Origin: Nitrosopumilaceae archaeon | GTDB taxonomy: Archaea; Thermoproteota; Nitrososphaeria; Nitrososphaerales; Nitrosopumilaceae | Length of the DNA: 27,979 bases | Reading direction: 5' to 3' | Assembly (NCBI GenBank): GCA_052389415.1 | Contig: JBQTHX010000087.1 | Location: forward strand, 1 to 27,979 | Shown: positions 17,785-26,112 of the stretch, piece by piece | How the letters are laid out: every line of letters starts with the position of its first letter | How positions within the stretch are numbered: position 1 is the stretch's first letter | Notes under the pieces: generated by a model | Database searches by the model: none | The model's input: the letters and a program-made list of their open reading frames with translations, nothing else | Told to the model about the DNA's origin: nothing | Program-made: the position numbers and the translations under genes

Positions 17785-18426
17785 TTGGCTTCACAAGAAT
17801 ACAGGCACATAGTCAGGATTGCGGGAAAGGACGTCCCAGGAGCCAAGAAAATGATAATAGGAGTAAGCCAAGTTAGGGGAATAGGATACAATTTTGCAAA
17901 GGCAATCTTAGATCTACTAAAGATCGACTATAATAGTAACGTTGGCTTTTTGTCAGAATCCCAAGTAGACTCCATAGAAAAGGCAATGAGAAACCCCGCG
18001 TCACTTAACATGCCTGGATGGTTTCTTAATAGAAGAAAAGACATGGAATCAGGAAGCGACTTGCATCTAATTACTTCAGATATAGAATTTAACGTTAGAA
18101 ATGATATTGAGCGAGAAAAAAATACTAACAGTTGGAGAGGTTTTCGTCACACTTATGGATTAAAGGTAAGAGGTCAACGAACTCGAACAACAGGTCGCAA
18201 AGGCGGTGCTGTTGGAGTGCGTAAAGGAGGAAAGATTCTTCCACCAGGTGCAACTCCAGCTGAAGGAGCACCGGTTGCTCCAGGAGCAGCACCAACTGAA
18301 GCTGCAAAACCAGCAGCAGGTGCAGCAGCACCAGCAGCAGGTGCAAAACCAGCTGCAGGAGCAGCTCCAGCTGCAAAGCCAGCAGCAGGTGCAGCAAAAC
18401 CAGCGGAGAAGAAGCCTGCAAAATAG
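17785..18426 (+). CDS. rps13: 30S ribosomal protein uS13 with long Ala/Pro/Lys-rich C-terminal tail
   Basis: [47 protein letters not shown]; TTG start. Confidence 0.97.
   Translation: MASQEYRHIVRIAGKDVPGAKKMIIGVSQVRGIGYNFAKAILDLLKIDYNSNVGFLSESQVDSIEKAMRNPASLNMPGWFLNRRKDMESGSDLHLITSDIEFNVRNDIEREKNTNSWRGFRHTYGLKVRGQRTRTTGRKGGAVGVRKGGKILPPGATPAEGAPVAPGAAPTEAAKPAAGAAAPAAGAKPAAGAAPAAKPAAGAAKPAEKKPAK
18241..18423 (+). repeat. low-complexity coding repeat (AKPAAGA-type units) in the uS13 tail
   Basis: Imperfect tandem GCAAAACCAGCAGCAGGTGCA-like units encoding AKPAAGA three times, with an AKPAEKK variant at the end. Confidence 0.8.
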
Positions 18427-18435
18427 GTGAAGTGA

Positions 18436-18969
18436 ATGGGAGATCCAAAGAATCCTCGAAAGAATTGGCGAAAACCAAAACGTCCTTTAAACTATGATTT
18501 ACTAAACGAAGAACTTCATGTGCTTGGAACTTTTGGTTTGAAAAATAAGCGTGAACTTTGGAAGGCACATACTGAACTTTCAAGAGTAAGAAATCAAGCA
18601 AGATCACTTTTAGCTTTGACTCAAGAAGTAAGAGAGAAGAAAGAAAAAGTTCTCATGGAGTCTTTGACAAGAATAGGTCTAGTGAATGCAAGCTCTACTC
18701 TTGATGATGTTTTGAATTTAAAGGTGACAGACTTGCTTTCACGAAGATTGCAAACAATGATTCAGAAAAAAGGATTGATAAAAAGTCCTTACCAGGCAAG
18801 ACAGGCAGTAGTCCATGGCCATATAATGATTGGAGAGAGAATAGTAACTGTGCCATCATACACAGTAAAGGTGGAAGAAGAAAATCAGATACACCTTGTT
18901 CCAGGTGTAAATTTTGTTGTTCCAAAAATGGCAATTGAAACACCAGTCTCGGAAAAGCCCCAAGAATAA
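18436..18969 (+). CDS. rps4: 30S ribosomal protein uS4
   Basis: MGDPK, FGLKNKRELW, LSRRLQT, QARQAVVHGHI; SD-like AGGTGA at 18425-18430. Confidence 0.97.
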   Translation: MGDPKNPRKNWRKPKRPLNYDLLNEELHVLGTFGLKNKRELWKAHTELSRVRNQARSLLALTQEVREKKEKVLMESLTRIGLVNASSTLDDVLNLKVTDLLSRRLQTMIQKKGLIKSPYQARQAVVHGHIMIGERIVTVPSYTVKVEEENQIHLVPGVNFVVPKMAIETPVSEKPQE

Positions 18970-19044
18970 ATCAAGGAGTAATTTCCAAAAGTGACAAGAA
19001 TAAGTTTTTGTATCTCAGCCCAATTATGGTAAGCTGACAAGATA

Positions 19045-20805
19045 TTGTGTTCTATTATAGGATATATTGGCTCTGAACCAGCAGCTCCAGTTATTGTAAA
19101 AGGATTGGAACGCATGGAATACCGTGGATATGACAGCGTTGGAGTTGCCACCTATTCGGGAGATAAGATTTCCGTAAGAAAGGGAGTTGGCAGAGTCATG
19201 ATAGTAAATAACAAAGTCAAGTTAGACACTCTGACTGGGACAGTAGGAATAGGACATACAAGATGGGCTACTCATGGAGGAGTAACTGACATTAATGCTC
19301 ATCCTCATCCTTCAAGTTCTGGAAATATTGCCATAGTTCATAATGGAATTATAGAAAATTACGACGAGATAAAAAAAGAGTTACAAGAAAAAGAATACAA
19401 ATTCAAAAGTGAGACCGATAGTGAGGTTATTGCAAATCTTTTACAATATAATTTTGATAAGACAGGCAATATCAAAAAAACTGTTCTAGATACTGTTTCT
19501 AGATTAAAAGGAAATTTTGCATTCATTGCAGTGTTTGAAAATGGAACGCTTGCTGCAGCAAGACTACATGAGCCATTAATAGTTGGAATTAGAAAAGATG
19601 GATACTTTGTTTCAAGCGATGTACTTGGATTCATCGAACATTCTGATGAGGTAATCTATCCTGATAATAGAGAATGCGTCATAATCAGTTCTTCAGGCAT
19701 GCAAATTTTTGATTTTGAAGGAAGCCAAGTTCATCATCAGATTACCAAAGTCTCAAAGGAACTTGCCGATACCTACAAGGGAGACTATGCTCATTTTACT
19801 TTAAAAGAGATTTCCGAACAGCCACTCACAATAACAAAGGCTGGGGAAAACACAAAGCTAGAGCTTGACCTTTTGACTGAATTTGTAAAACATGCAAAGA
19901 ATCTCTATGTAACAGGAAGCGGTACAAGCTATAATGCAGCATTAGTAGCAAAACACCTTCTTTCAAAATATGCCAAGATAAAGATAGAACCACTTATTGC
20001 AAGTGAGGTTCAATTTGCTTCTAACTATTTTGACCATCAGTCTATTTTGATCGCAATCTCACAGAGCGGAGAGAGTGCAGATGTACTTGAAGCAGTAAAC
20101 ATTGCAAAAAAAGATGGAACAAAAATAATTTCTATAACTAATATAATGACTTCATCTCTTGTTCACGCATCATCGTTATCTGTAGGGCTAAACTGTGGTC
20201 CTGAAATTGGTGTTGCTGCAACAAAGAGCTTTACAGCTCAGCTTGCTGTCCTTTACAAAATAACTGACAAGCTTTGCAATGGTTGTATGGATTTGGATTT
20301 TGCCAAAGTGTCTGGTTCGATAAACGTAATGTTGTCTGATCATTCAAAAATTAAAAAGATAGCAAAAATGCTAAGAGATGTTTCAGACATCTATATCCTT
20401 GGAAGAGGAATTCATTATCCAATTGCATCAGAAGCTTCATTGAAATTAAAAGAACTCACATATGTTCATGCAGAAGGAATTCCTGGAGGCGAGTTAAAGC
20501 ATGGTCCTTTAGCTTTAATGGATTCTAGTGTCTATGCCATAATAATAAATCCAAACGATTCTACCTATGTTGATACCTTGTCTGGTGCACATGAGATCAA
20601 AGCTCGAGGTGCAAAAATAATCGGAATTTCTGATAGACCAAATGATGTTTATGACTATTGGATTGAGATCCCAACAATTAGTGAATCGTTATATCCGTTA
20701 ATTGAGATAGTTCCAATACAGCTTTTAGCATATTACGCAGCGCTGGAAAAAGATACAGATCCAGATTATCCTAGAAATCTTGCCAAATCTGTTACTGTGA
20801 AATAA
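19045..20805 (+). CDS. glmS: glutamine--fructose-6-phosphate aminotransferase
   Basis: N-terminal Cys (MCSIIG), EYRGYDS, GHTRWATHG, HNGIIEN, ISQSGES, VAATKSF, ELKHGP, PRNLAKSVTV; TTG start. Confidence 0.97.
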   Translation: MCSIIGYIGSEPAAPVIVKGLERMEYRGYDSVGVATYSGDKISVRKGVGRVMIVNNKVKLDTLTGTVGIGHTRWATHGGVTDINAHPHPSSSGNIAIVHNGIIENYDEIKKELQEKEYKFKSETDSEVIANLLQYNFDKTGNIKKTVLDTVSRLKGNFAFIAVFENGTLAAARLHEPLIVGIRKDGYFVSSDVLGFIEHSDEVIYPDNRECVIISSSGMQIFDFEGSQVHHQITKVSKELADTYKGDYAHFTLKEISEQPLTITKAGENTKLELDLLTEFVKHAKNLYVTGSGTSYNAALVAKHLLSKYAKIKIEPLIASEVQFASNYFDHQSILIAISQSGESADVLEAVNIAKKDGTKIISITNIMTSSLVHASSLSVGLNCGPEIGVAATKSFTAQLAVLYKITDKLCNGCMDLDFAKVSGSINVMLSDHSKIKKIAKMLRDVSDIYILGRGIHYPIASEASLKLKELTYVHAEGIPGGELKHGPLALMDSSVYAIIINPNDSTYVDTLSGAHEIKARGAKIIGISDRPNDVYDYWIEIPTISESLYPLIEIVPIQLLAYYAALEKDTDPDYPRNLAKSVTVK

Positions 20806-21853
20806 TTTTTTGGTATTCTTTTTCTGTAAGATCTAAAAGCCTATTGCTATCTATCCCAGTCTTTAATATGCATGAAATAGAGGCACCGCCTGCACCCACG
20901 CCTTCCTTAACAAATCCTTCTCCATAAGCACGCAAACCAGAAATTTTTGATTCACCTAGTTTTAGTTTGATAGAGAAAATAGGAATGTCAGAAATTTGAT
21001 TTATTGTTTCTATCAAGTTTGCAGTCTTGTCATCGATTATGTATGACGTTGTTCCTATTGCTACGTTATTTTCATTAAATCCAATATGTTTAGCAAAAGC
21101 AAGAACTGCTGCCATTTGCGTACCACCGGCAAGTATCACTTTGGTAGATTCTGATGCAGCGCTGAGCATTCCTGCAACAGTTGGTATCATTGGATCTCCA
21201 ACTTGAGTAACAATATCGTATGGATTTGTAGAGTGTAATCGATTTAATGCTTCTTCCACGACATGATTTTTTAATTCAACTGGATTTTGTGGCATACTGC
21301 TGCTAACCGATGCTTTGATCCCCAACGCGCGTAATACAGCCAACGCTGTTGTAGTTCCTCCTGGAATACTTTCACCTATCACAAGACAATCCGTAGAAGA
21401 CCCAAGAGATCTTCCCACGATTCTTCCTTGTTCTACCGCTTTTCCAGCATGACCTGATTCAAGTGCAGGCTGTAGAGCAATATTTTTTCCAGATTCCAAA
21501 CCAAGCTCAATATATGGTAATTTTGGAACAATTTTTGTTCCTGCATTTATGACAAAGCATGGGATGCTTGATGCTTCTATTGCAACTTTAGTTAGAATAG
21601 CTGGAGTAGGTTTGCCATCAGGTGTCATTGGAATAGCATTGATGCTTTTACAGTATCCATAATGCAAAAACTCGGCATCAGCTGCTGGTGTAAACTTGAG
21701 CAGTTCTGGATGCGCACCAGCTACTGTAATACCTGGAATCTCACATGTATGAGTATATGATATAACAAATGAGAATAGGAATTTTTTATTTTGAGTTTGT
21801 TTGATAAAATCGTTTCCTTTTGCTATATTTCCAAAAATTTCTATATCGTTCAC
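20792..21853 (-). CDS. cobT: archaeal CobT-like nicotinate-nucleotide:base phosphoribosyltransferase (cobamide lower ligand)
   Basis: IPGITVAG, TPAADAE, PTPAILT, GESIPGGTTTA, LAGGTQM, GFVKEGVGAGG; GTG start. Confidence 0.88.
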   Translation of the reverse strand: MNDIEIFGNIAKGNDFIKQTQNKKFLFSFVISYTHTCEIPGITVAGAHPELLKFTPAADAEFLHYGYCKSINAIPMTPDGKPTPAILTKVAIEASSIPCFVINAGTKIVPKLPYIELGLESGKNIALQPALESGHAGKAVEQGRIVGRSLGSSTDCLVIGESIPGGTTTALAVLRALGIKASVSSSMPQNPVELKNHVVEEALNRLHSTNPYDIVTQVGDPMIPTVAGMLSAASESTKVILAGGTQMAAVLAFAKHIGFNENNVAIGTTSYIIDDKTANLIETINQISDIPIFSIKLKLGESKISGLRAYGEGFVKEGVGAGGASISCILKTGIDSNRLLDLTEKEYQKIISQ

Positions 21854-21856
21854 AGA

Positions 21857-22471
21857 TCACTCACTGTTCATAAATTCGGCAAACTCATCTTCTGTTCTTG
21901 GCTGAAGTACAAAGTTTGTCTTTTTTTCTTTACCTATGGTTGAAGTGGCCGATGAACCATAGTTGTGGCCAGGATAAAGTATGAGATCTTCGTTCATCTT
22001 ACTAATTACATCAAAAAGACTGTGGTAAAGTTCTCTTGCATTACCACCTGGAAGATCAACTCTTCCACAGTTTCCAACAAAAAGCGTGTCGCCAGAAAAG
22101 ATTTTTTGATCACCCACTAGACACATGCTATCCTTGGAGTGACCAGGAGTATGAAAAATGGTAAGTTCAGAATTTCCAAATTTTATCTTGTCGCCATTGG
22201 CCACTTTCATATCATTTTTTAAAGTAGATTCTTTGTGTTGAACTATTTTTGCTCCAGTTGATTTTACCATAAAATCATTTCCTATGGTGTGGTCAAAATG
22301 ATAGTGTGTGTTTACAATGTATTTTACTTTCATATTGTTTCTTTCAATCGTTTGTATTACATCAGGCAGATCCCATGAAGGATCTATGACTATTGCTTCG
22401 CAGGTATCTTCGTCCTCTAGCAGATAAGTGAAATTCTGCATGTCGCCTACCTCAAATTGATAAACTTTCAC
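21857..22471 (-). CDS. MBL-fold metallohydrolase (glyoxalase II/ETHE1-like)
   Basis: THYHFDH, HTPGHS, FSGDTLF, GRVDLPGG, YPGH motifs; GTGA overlap with the nnrE stop. Confidence 0.92.
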   Translation of the reverse strand: MKVYQFEVGDMQNFTYLLEDEDTCEAIVIDPSWDLPDVIQTIERNNMKVKYIVNTHYHFDHTIGNDFMVKSTGAKIVQHKESTLKNDMKVANGDKIKFGNSELTIFHTPGHSKDSMCLVGDQKIFSGDTLFVGNCGRVDLPGGNARELYHSLFDVISKMNEDLILYPGHNYGSSATSTIGKEKKTNFVLQPRTEDEFAEFMNSE

Positions 22472-23115
22472 AATACACCTACCTCAGCCTCAGTTGGGAT
22501 ACCAATCTTTTCTACAAGTATAGTTCCGCACATATCCGTTTTTGGCATACCAACCTTCATCTTATGAAATGTTATAGTAACATCTGCTCTGATACACTTG
22601 TCCTCAATGTTTCCTGTGTCAGGATCAAGCCCAGAGGGCACATCAACAGCGAGTTTGAACGCTCTTGATTTGTTTATCATCTCAATAGCAGAAGCATAAG
22701 GATCTCTTATTTTGCCTGAGATTCCCGTTCCCAAGATTCCATCTATAATAATATCAGCTTCAAAATCTAACCCATGGACATCTGATGCTACAATCAAATC
22801 TAATGAATTCATTTTTTCAAGCAACTTCCAGTTTGTTCTTGCTTCGTCAGTCTTTATTTTATCTGGATTGCCAAGCAGTATTACTTTGACAGAAGAACCA
22901 TAGCCAGCAAGGTGTCTTGCTATCACAAACGCGTCTCCACCGTTATTTCCTAGTCCTGCAAATACCAATATTTTTTTTGATGTAATATCAGGAAATTTTT
23001 CTACAACATATCGCGCTGCTGCTGCACCGGCATTTTCCATCATCAGCTTTCTTGGAAATCCCATCTGGTGACCATTTTCTTCAATCTGCATCATCTGTTT
23101 TACGGTTATTTCCAC
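22468..23115 (-). CDS. nnrE: NAD(P)H-hydrate epimerase (stand-alone YjeF_N)
   Basis: LMMENAG, GLGNNGGD, IIDGILGTG, AVDVPSG; start probably GTG 23115 (ORF extends to 23154). Confidence 0.92.
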   Translation of the reverse strand: MEITVKQMMQIEENGHQMGFPRKLMMENAGAAAARYVVEKFPDITSKKILVFAGLGNNGGDAFVIARHLAGYGSSVKVILLGNPDKIKTDEARTNWKLLEKMNSLDLIVASDVHGLDFEADIIIDGILGTGISGKIRDPYASAIEMINKSRAFKLAVDVPSGLDPDTGNIEDKCIRADVTITFHKMKVGMPKTDMCGTILVEKIGIPTEAEVGVL

Positions 23116-23188
23116 GTAATAGTTCAAAAATCGGTCAAATAAGGGCTTTACCAAACGGCTTTATCTCGGTTTTTTTACTCAAGGTTTT

Positions 23189-23797
23189 ATGTCACTAAAA
23201 AATGTAAAGTCATCACTTGGAAAAATTTCAAAATCATTAGACGACATACAAGATTCTCGCGAATACTTGATAAAAAATACTCGTGAAGTCATACTTCTTT
23301 GCAGTCAAGCAATAATTTCCATTCATAAATTAGATGTCAAGTCTGGAAGAAAGAAAGCTGAACAAGCAAAAAAATTGCTAGATGAGATAAGAAAGAGATC
23401 AAGAAATGAGTTGTATAGATATATCATTACAGCAGAACAGGAACTTGTTGAGGCATTTGCGTTTATTTCCATAGTCGATAAATCAGAAATTCCTTCAGCA
23501 GAGTCACTTGGAGTGAGGGGCGAATCATACATTCTTGGTCTCTTGGATTGTGTAGGAGAGCTCAAGCGGCTGGTTTATGATAGCATACGAATAGGAAAAG
23601 CAAATGATGCAAGGAAATTTTTCGAGATAATGGAGAATCTGTATCTGTTTTTGTATCCTTTTGCCATATATGACAAAATAATAAATGAGACTCGCAGAAA
23701 GCTTGATGTAAATAGAATTCTTATCGAAGATGCAAGAGCAGCGGTTACAGAAGAGATACGAAGATCTGCTCTTATTGATGCGATGAAAAAGAGATGA
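23189..23797 (+). CDS. archaeal translin/TRAX (C3PO-like) RNA-binding endoribonuclease
   Basis: REYLIK..RE, QELVEA, YILGLLDCVGELKR, RRKLDV motifs. Confidence 0.85.
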   Translation: MSLKNVKSSLGKISKSLDDIQDSREYLIKNTREVILLCSQAIISIHKLDVKSGRKKAEQAKKLLDEIRKRSRNELYRYIITAEQELVEAFAFISIVDKSEIPSAESLGVRGESYILGLLDCVGELKRLVYDSIRIGKANDARKFFEIMENLYLFLYPFAIYDKIINETRRKLDVNRILIEDARAAVTEEIRRSALIDAMKKR

Positions 23798-23817
23798 TTT
23801 ATTTCCCAAAAATTTAG

Positions 23818-23902
23818 TGCGGGAGAAGGGATTTGAACCCTCGAAATCCTAAGATACTAGCCCCTCAAGCTAGCGCCTTTGGCCAGGCTGGGCGACTCCC
23901 GC
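23818..23902 (-). tRNA. trnL: tRNA-Leu(GAG), no intron, CCA not encoded
   Basis: Minus strand GCGGGAG acceptor stem, D-loop GCCTGGCCAAAGG, anticodon stem CTAGC/GCTAG with loop TT-GAG-GG, long variable arm, GGTTCAAATCC T-loop, discriminator A. Confidence 0.95.
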
Positions 23903-23926
23903 ATTATGCAAATACCCATGTATGGT

Positions 23927-23934
23927 TTTTATAA
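23927..23934. promoter_or_regulatory. TATA box, possibly shared by tRNA-Leu and rpoN
   Basis: TTTTATAA centred in a 54-bp divergent gap, about 23-25 bp from both 5' ends. Confidence 0.55.
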
Positions 23935-23956
23935 GCCTTGATTACTTTTTCAAAAT

Positions 23957-24193
23957 ATGCTTATCCCTGTACGATGTTTTACTTGTGGAAATTTAATTGC
24001 TGACAAGTTCAAAGATTATCAAACTAGAGTAAAAAGTGGAGAAGATTCTTCCAAAGTTCTTGATTCATTAGGAATCAAAAGATATTGTTGTAGAACAATG
24101 ATGATAACATCTGTTGAAACTATTCATCAGGTAATCCCATTCTACGAAGCAATACGAAGAAGGCAACAAGAAGTACAATCTGAGCTAGAGTAG
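23957..24193 (+). CDS. rpoN: DNA-directed RNA polymerase subunit N (Rpo10)
   Basis: MLIPVRCFTCG...LGIKRYCCR zinc motif. Confidence 0.97.
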   Translation: MLIPVRCFTCGNLIADKFKDYQTRVKSGEDSSKVLDSLGIKRYCCRTMMITSVETIHQVIPFYEAIRRRQQEVQSELE

Positions 24194-24194
24194 G

Positions 24195-25433
24195 ATGCCA
24201 AAAATCACTTCCGTAAAAGGAAGACTGCTATACAATAGCAGGGGCTGCAAAACAATAGAAGTTGATGTAATTTCTGATAATTCTTATCTAGGCAGAGTCT
24301 GTGCGCCTTCGGGAGCAAGCGTCGGCAAGCACGAGGCACAAAGTTTTCCAGATAACAAACCAGAAAAAAGTCTAGAGGTTCTACAAACAAATGCAAAGAA
24401 ATTCGTAGGATTGGATTCGTCAGATCTAAGATCAATTCATAACACAATTAGAGAAGTTGATCCGACTCCCAACTATTCCGTTATAGGAGGATCGGTAGCT
24501 TTTGCTCTTACAATAGCTTCGGTTGATTCTGCTTCAAGATCAATAGGAGTTCCGCTGTTTAAGTTGATATCAAAAGATAATGACTACAGATTGCCCTTTC
24601 CGCTAGGAAACATTTTGGGAGGAGGTGCTCATGCAGGCAAGGGAACTCCTGACATTCAGGAGATTCTAGTTTGTGCAACTGGGGCAAAGTCTATTCTTGA
24701 CGCCATAGAGATGAATCTTTCAGTCCACAAAGAGTTGCAAAAAGTTCTGGCAAAACATGAACCTGACTTTACAAATGGTCGTGGGGATGAGGGAGGATGG
24801 GCTCCCAAGATAGATAATCAAAAAGCGCTAGAATTTTCTGCTCAAGCCTGTGAAAATCTGGGTTTCACATTAGGCAAGGAGGTTTCACTTGGTGTAGATT
24901 TTGCATCATCTACTCAATGGGATGAAAAGAAGAAAAAATATGTTTATGACCGAGAAGGTTTTGAAAACACCCCAGAAAAACAACTAGAGTTTGTTTCCGA
25001 AATCATAAAAAAATTCAAGCTAGTTTATGCAGAAGATGCTGTACATGAAGAAGCGTTTGAAGAGATGTCTGTTCTGACTTCAAGTTTTCCCACGGTATTG
25101 ATAACAGGCGATGACTTGTTGGTAACTAACACAGAGATTCTGAAAAGAGCTGTAAAAATGAGATCGTGTAATGCTGCAATTCTCAAGGTAAACCAAGCTG
25201 GAAGTTTGTATGATGCTTTAGAATTTGCATCAGAGGCCCAGAAAAATAATATCAAATTAATCACATCACACCGATCAGGAGAATCTTCAGATTCACACAT
25301 ATCACATATTGGCATTGCTACAAAATCTAAAATGCTCAAAGTAGGTATAGTGGGTGGAGAGCGAGTGGCCAAGCTCAATGAATTGATTCGTCTTTCAGAG
25401 TATGATTTAATACGTGGGATGGCACAAATTTAA
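24195..25433 (+). CDS. eno: enolase
   Basis: NSRG, PSGAS, GGGAHA, GDEGG, GDDLLVTN, LKVNQAG, SHRSGE, ERVAKLNE. Confidence 0.96.
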   Translation: MPKITSVKGRLLYNSRGCKTIEVDVISDNSYLGRVCAPSGASVGKHEAQSFPDNKPEKSLEVLQTNAKKFVGLDSSDLRSIHNTIREVDPTPNYSVIGGSVAFALTIASVDSASRSIGVPLFKLISKDNDYRLPFPLGNILGGGAHAGKGTPDIQEILVCATGAKSILDAIEMNLSVHKELQKVLAKHEPDFTNGRGDEGGWAPKIDNQKALEFSAQACENLGFTLGKEVSLGVDFASSTQWDEKKKKYVYDREGFENTPEKQLEFVSEIIKKFKLVYAEDAVHEEAFEEMSVLTSSFPTVLITGDDLLVTNTEILKRAVKMRSCNAAILKVNQAGSLYDALEFASEAQKNNIKLITSHRSGESSDSHISHIGIATKSKMLKVGIVGGERVAKLNELIRLSEYDLIRGMAQI

Positions 25434-25442
25434 AATCACAAC

Positions 25443-26108
25443 ATGAGCGAATCAGATCTTGAAAATATAGAAAAGACAATCTTGTCTACTGGAATAAGAG
25501 TAGGAACACCAGTCAAGACAAAGTTCATGATTCCTTTTATTACAAAGGCAACTCCTGAAGGACTATACATTATTGATATCAAAATGACATTATCAAGAAT
25601 TCAAACTGCTGCCAAATTCATAAACCGAGCAGATATTTCCAAAGTGATAGTTTGTTCTGGCAGAGAATATGCCAATACTCCTATAGAAAAATTCTGTGAA
25701 TTGACTGGAGCAACATCAATGCTTGGGAGATTCATGCCTGGAACTCTAACCAACCCGCTTTTACCATATTATATTGAGCCACAACTTGTTGTAATTTCGG
25801 ATCCACAAACTGATGCACAGGCGGTATTAGAAGCAACAAACGCGGGAATCCCAGTAATTGGTTTATCAAATACAGACAATGTTACTTCTAAACTTGATCT
25901 GATCATTCCAGCTAACAACCGAGGAAGAAAATCTTTAGCCACAGCATACTGGCTTTTGGCAAGAGAGGTCCTGATGCAAAAAGGCAAGCTAAAAGATGGC
26001 GAGTCCATGAAATATGGAATTGATGATTTCGAGACAAAGATAGTCGAAGAAGAGATAGAAGAAGAGCCAATACGAACACCTCGTTTTGAGAGATCTAAGA
26101 GGAAATAG
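25443..26108 (+). CDS. rps2: 30S ribosomal protein uS2
   Basis: GIRVGT, GRFMPGTLTNP, DPQTDAQAVLEA, IPANNRGRKS. Confidence 0.97.
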   Translation: MSESDLENIEKTILSTGIRVGTPVKTKFMIPFITKATPEGLYIIDIKMTLSRIQTAAKFINRADISKVIVCSGREYANTPIEKFCELTGATSMLGRFMPGTLTNPLLPYYIEPQLVVISDPQTDAQAVLEATNAGIPVIGLSNTDNVTSKLDLIIPANNRGRKSLATAYWLLAREVLMQKGKLKDGESMKYGIDDFETKIVEEEIEEEPIRTPRFERSKRK

Positions 26109-26112
26109 AATA

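Noticed and set aside
18206-18430. Gln-rich 74-aa ORF, and the Leu-rich antisense ORF 18125..18607
   Set aside because: Alternative-frame shadows of the GCA/CCA repeat encoding the uS13 tail; no independent start signals.
18970-19044. glmS ribozyme, or TGACAAGA direct repeat (18992-18999, 19035-19042), upstream of glmS
   Set aside because: The 75-bp gap is too short for the bacterial ribozyme, and a single 8-bp repeat is compatible with chance.
23798-23902. tRNA-Leu as an integration site for an island
   Set aside because: No integrase and no duplicated tRNA 3' end seen in the window; flanking genes are housekeeping.
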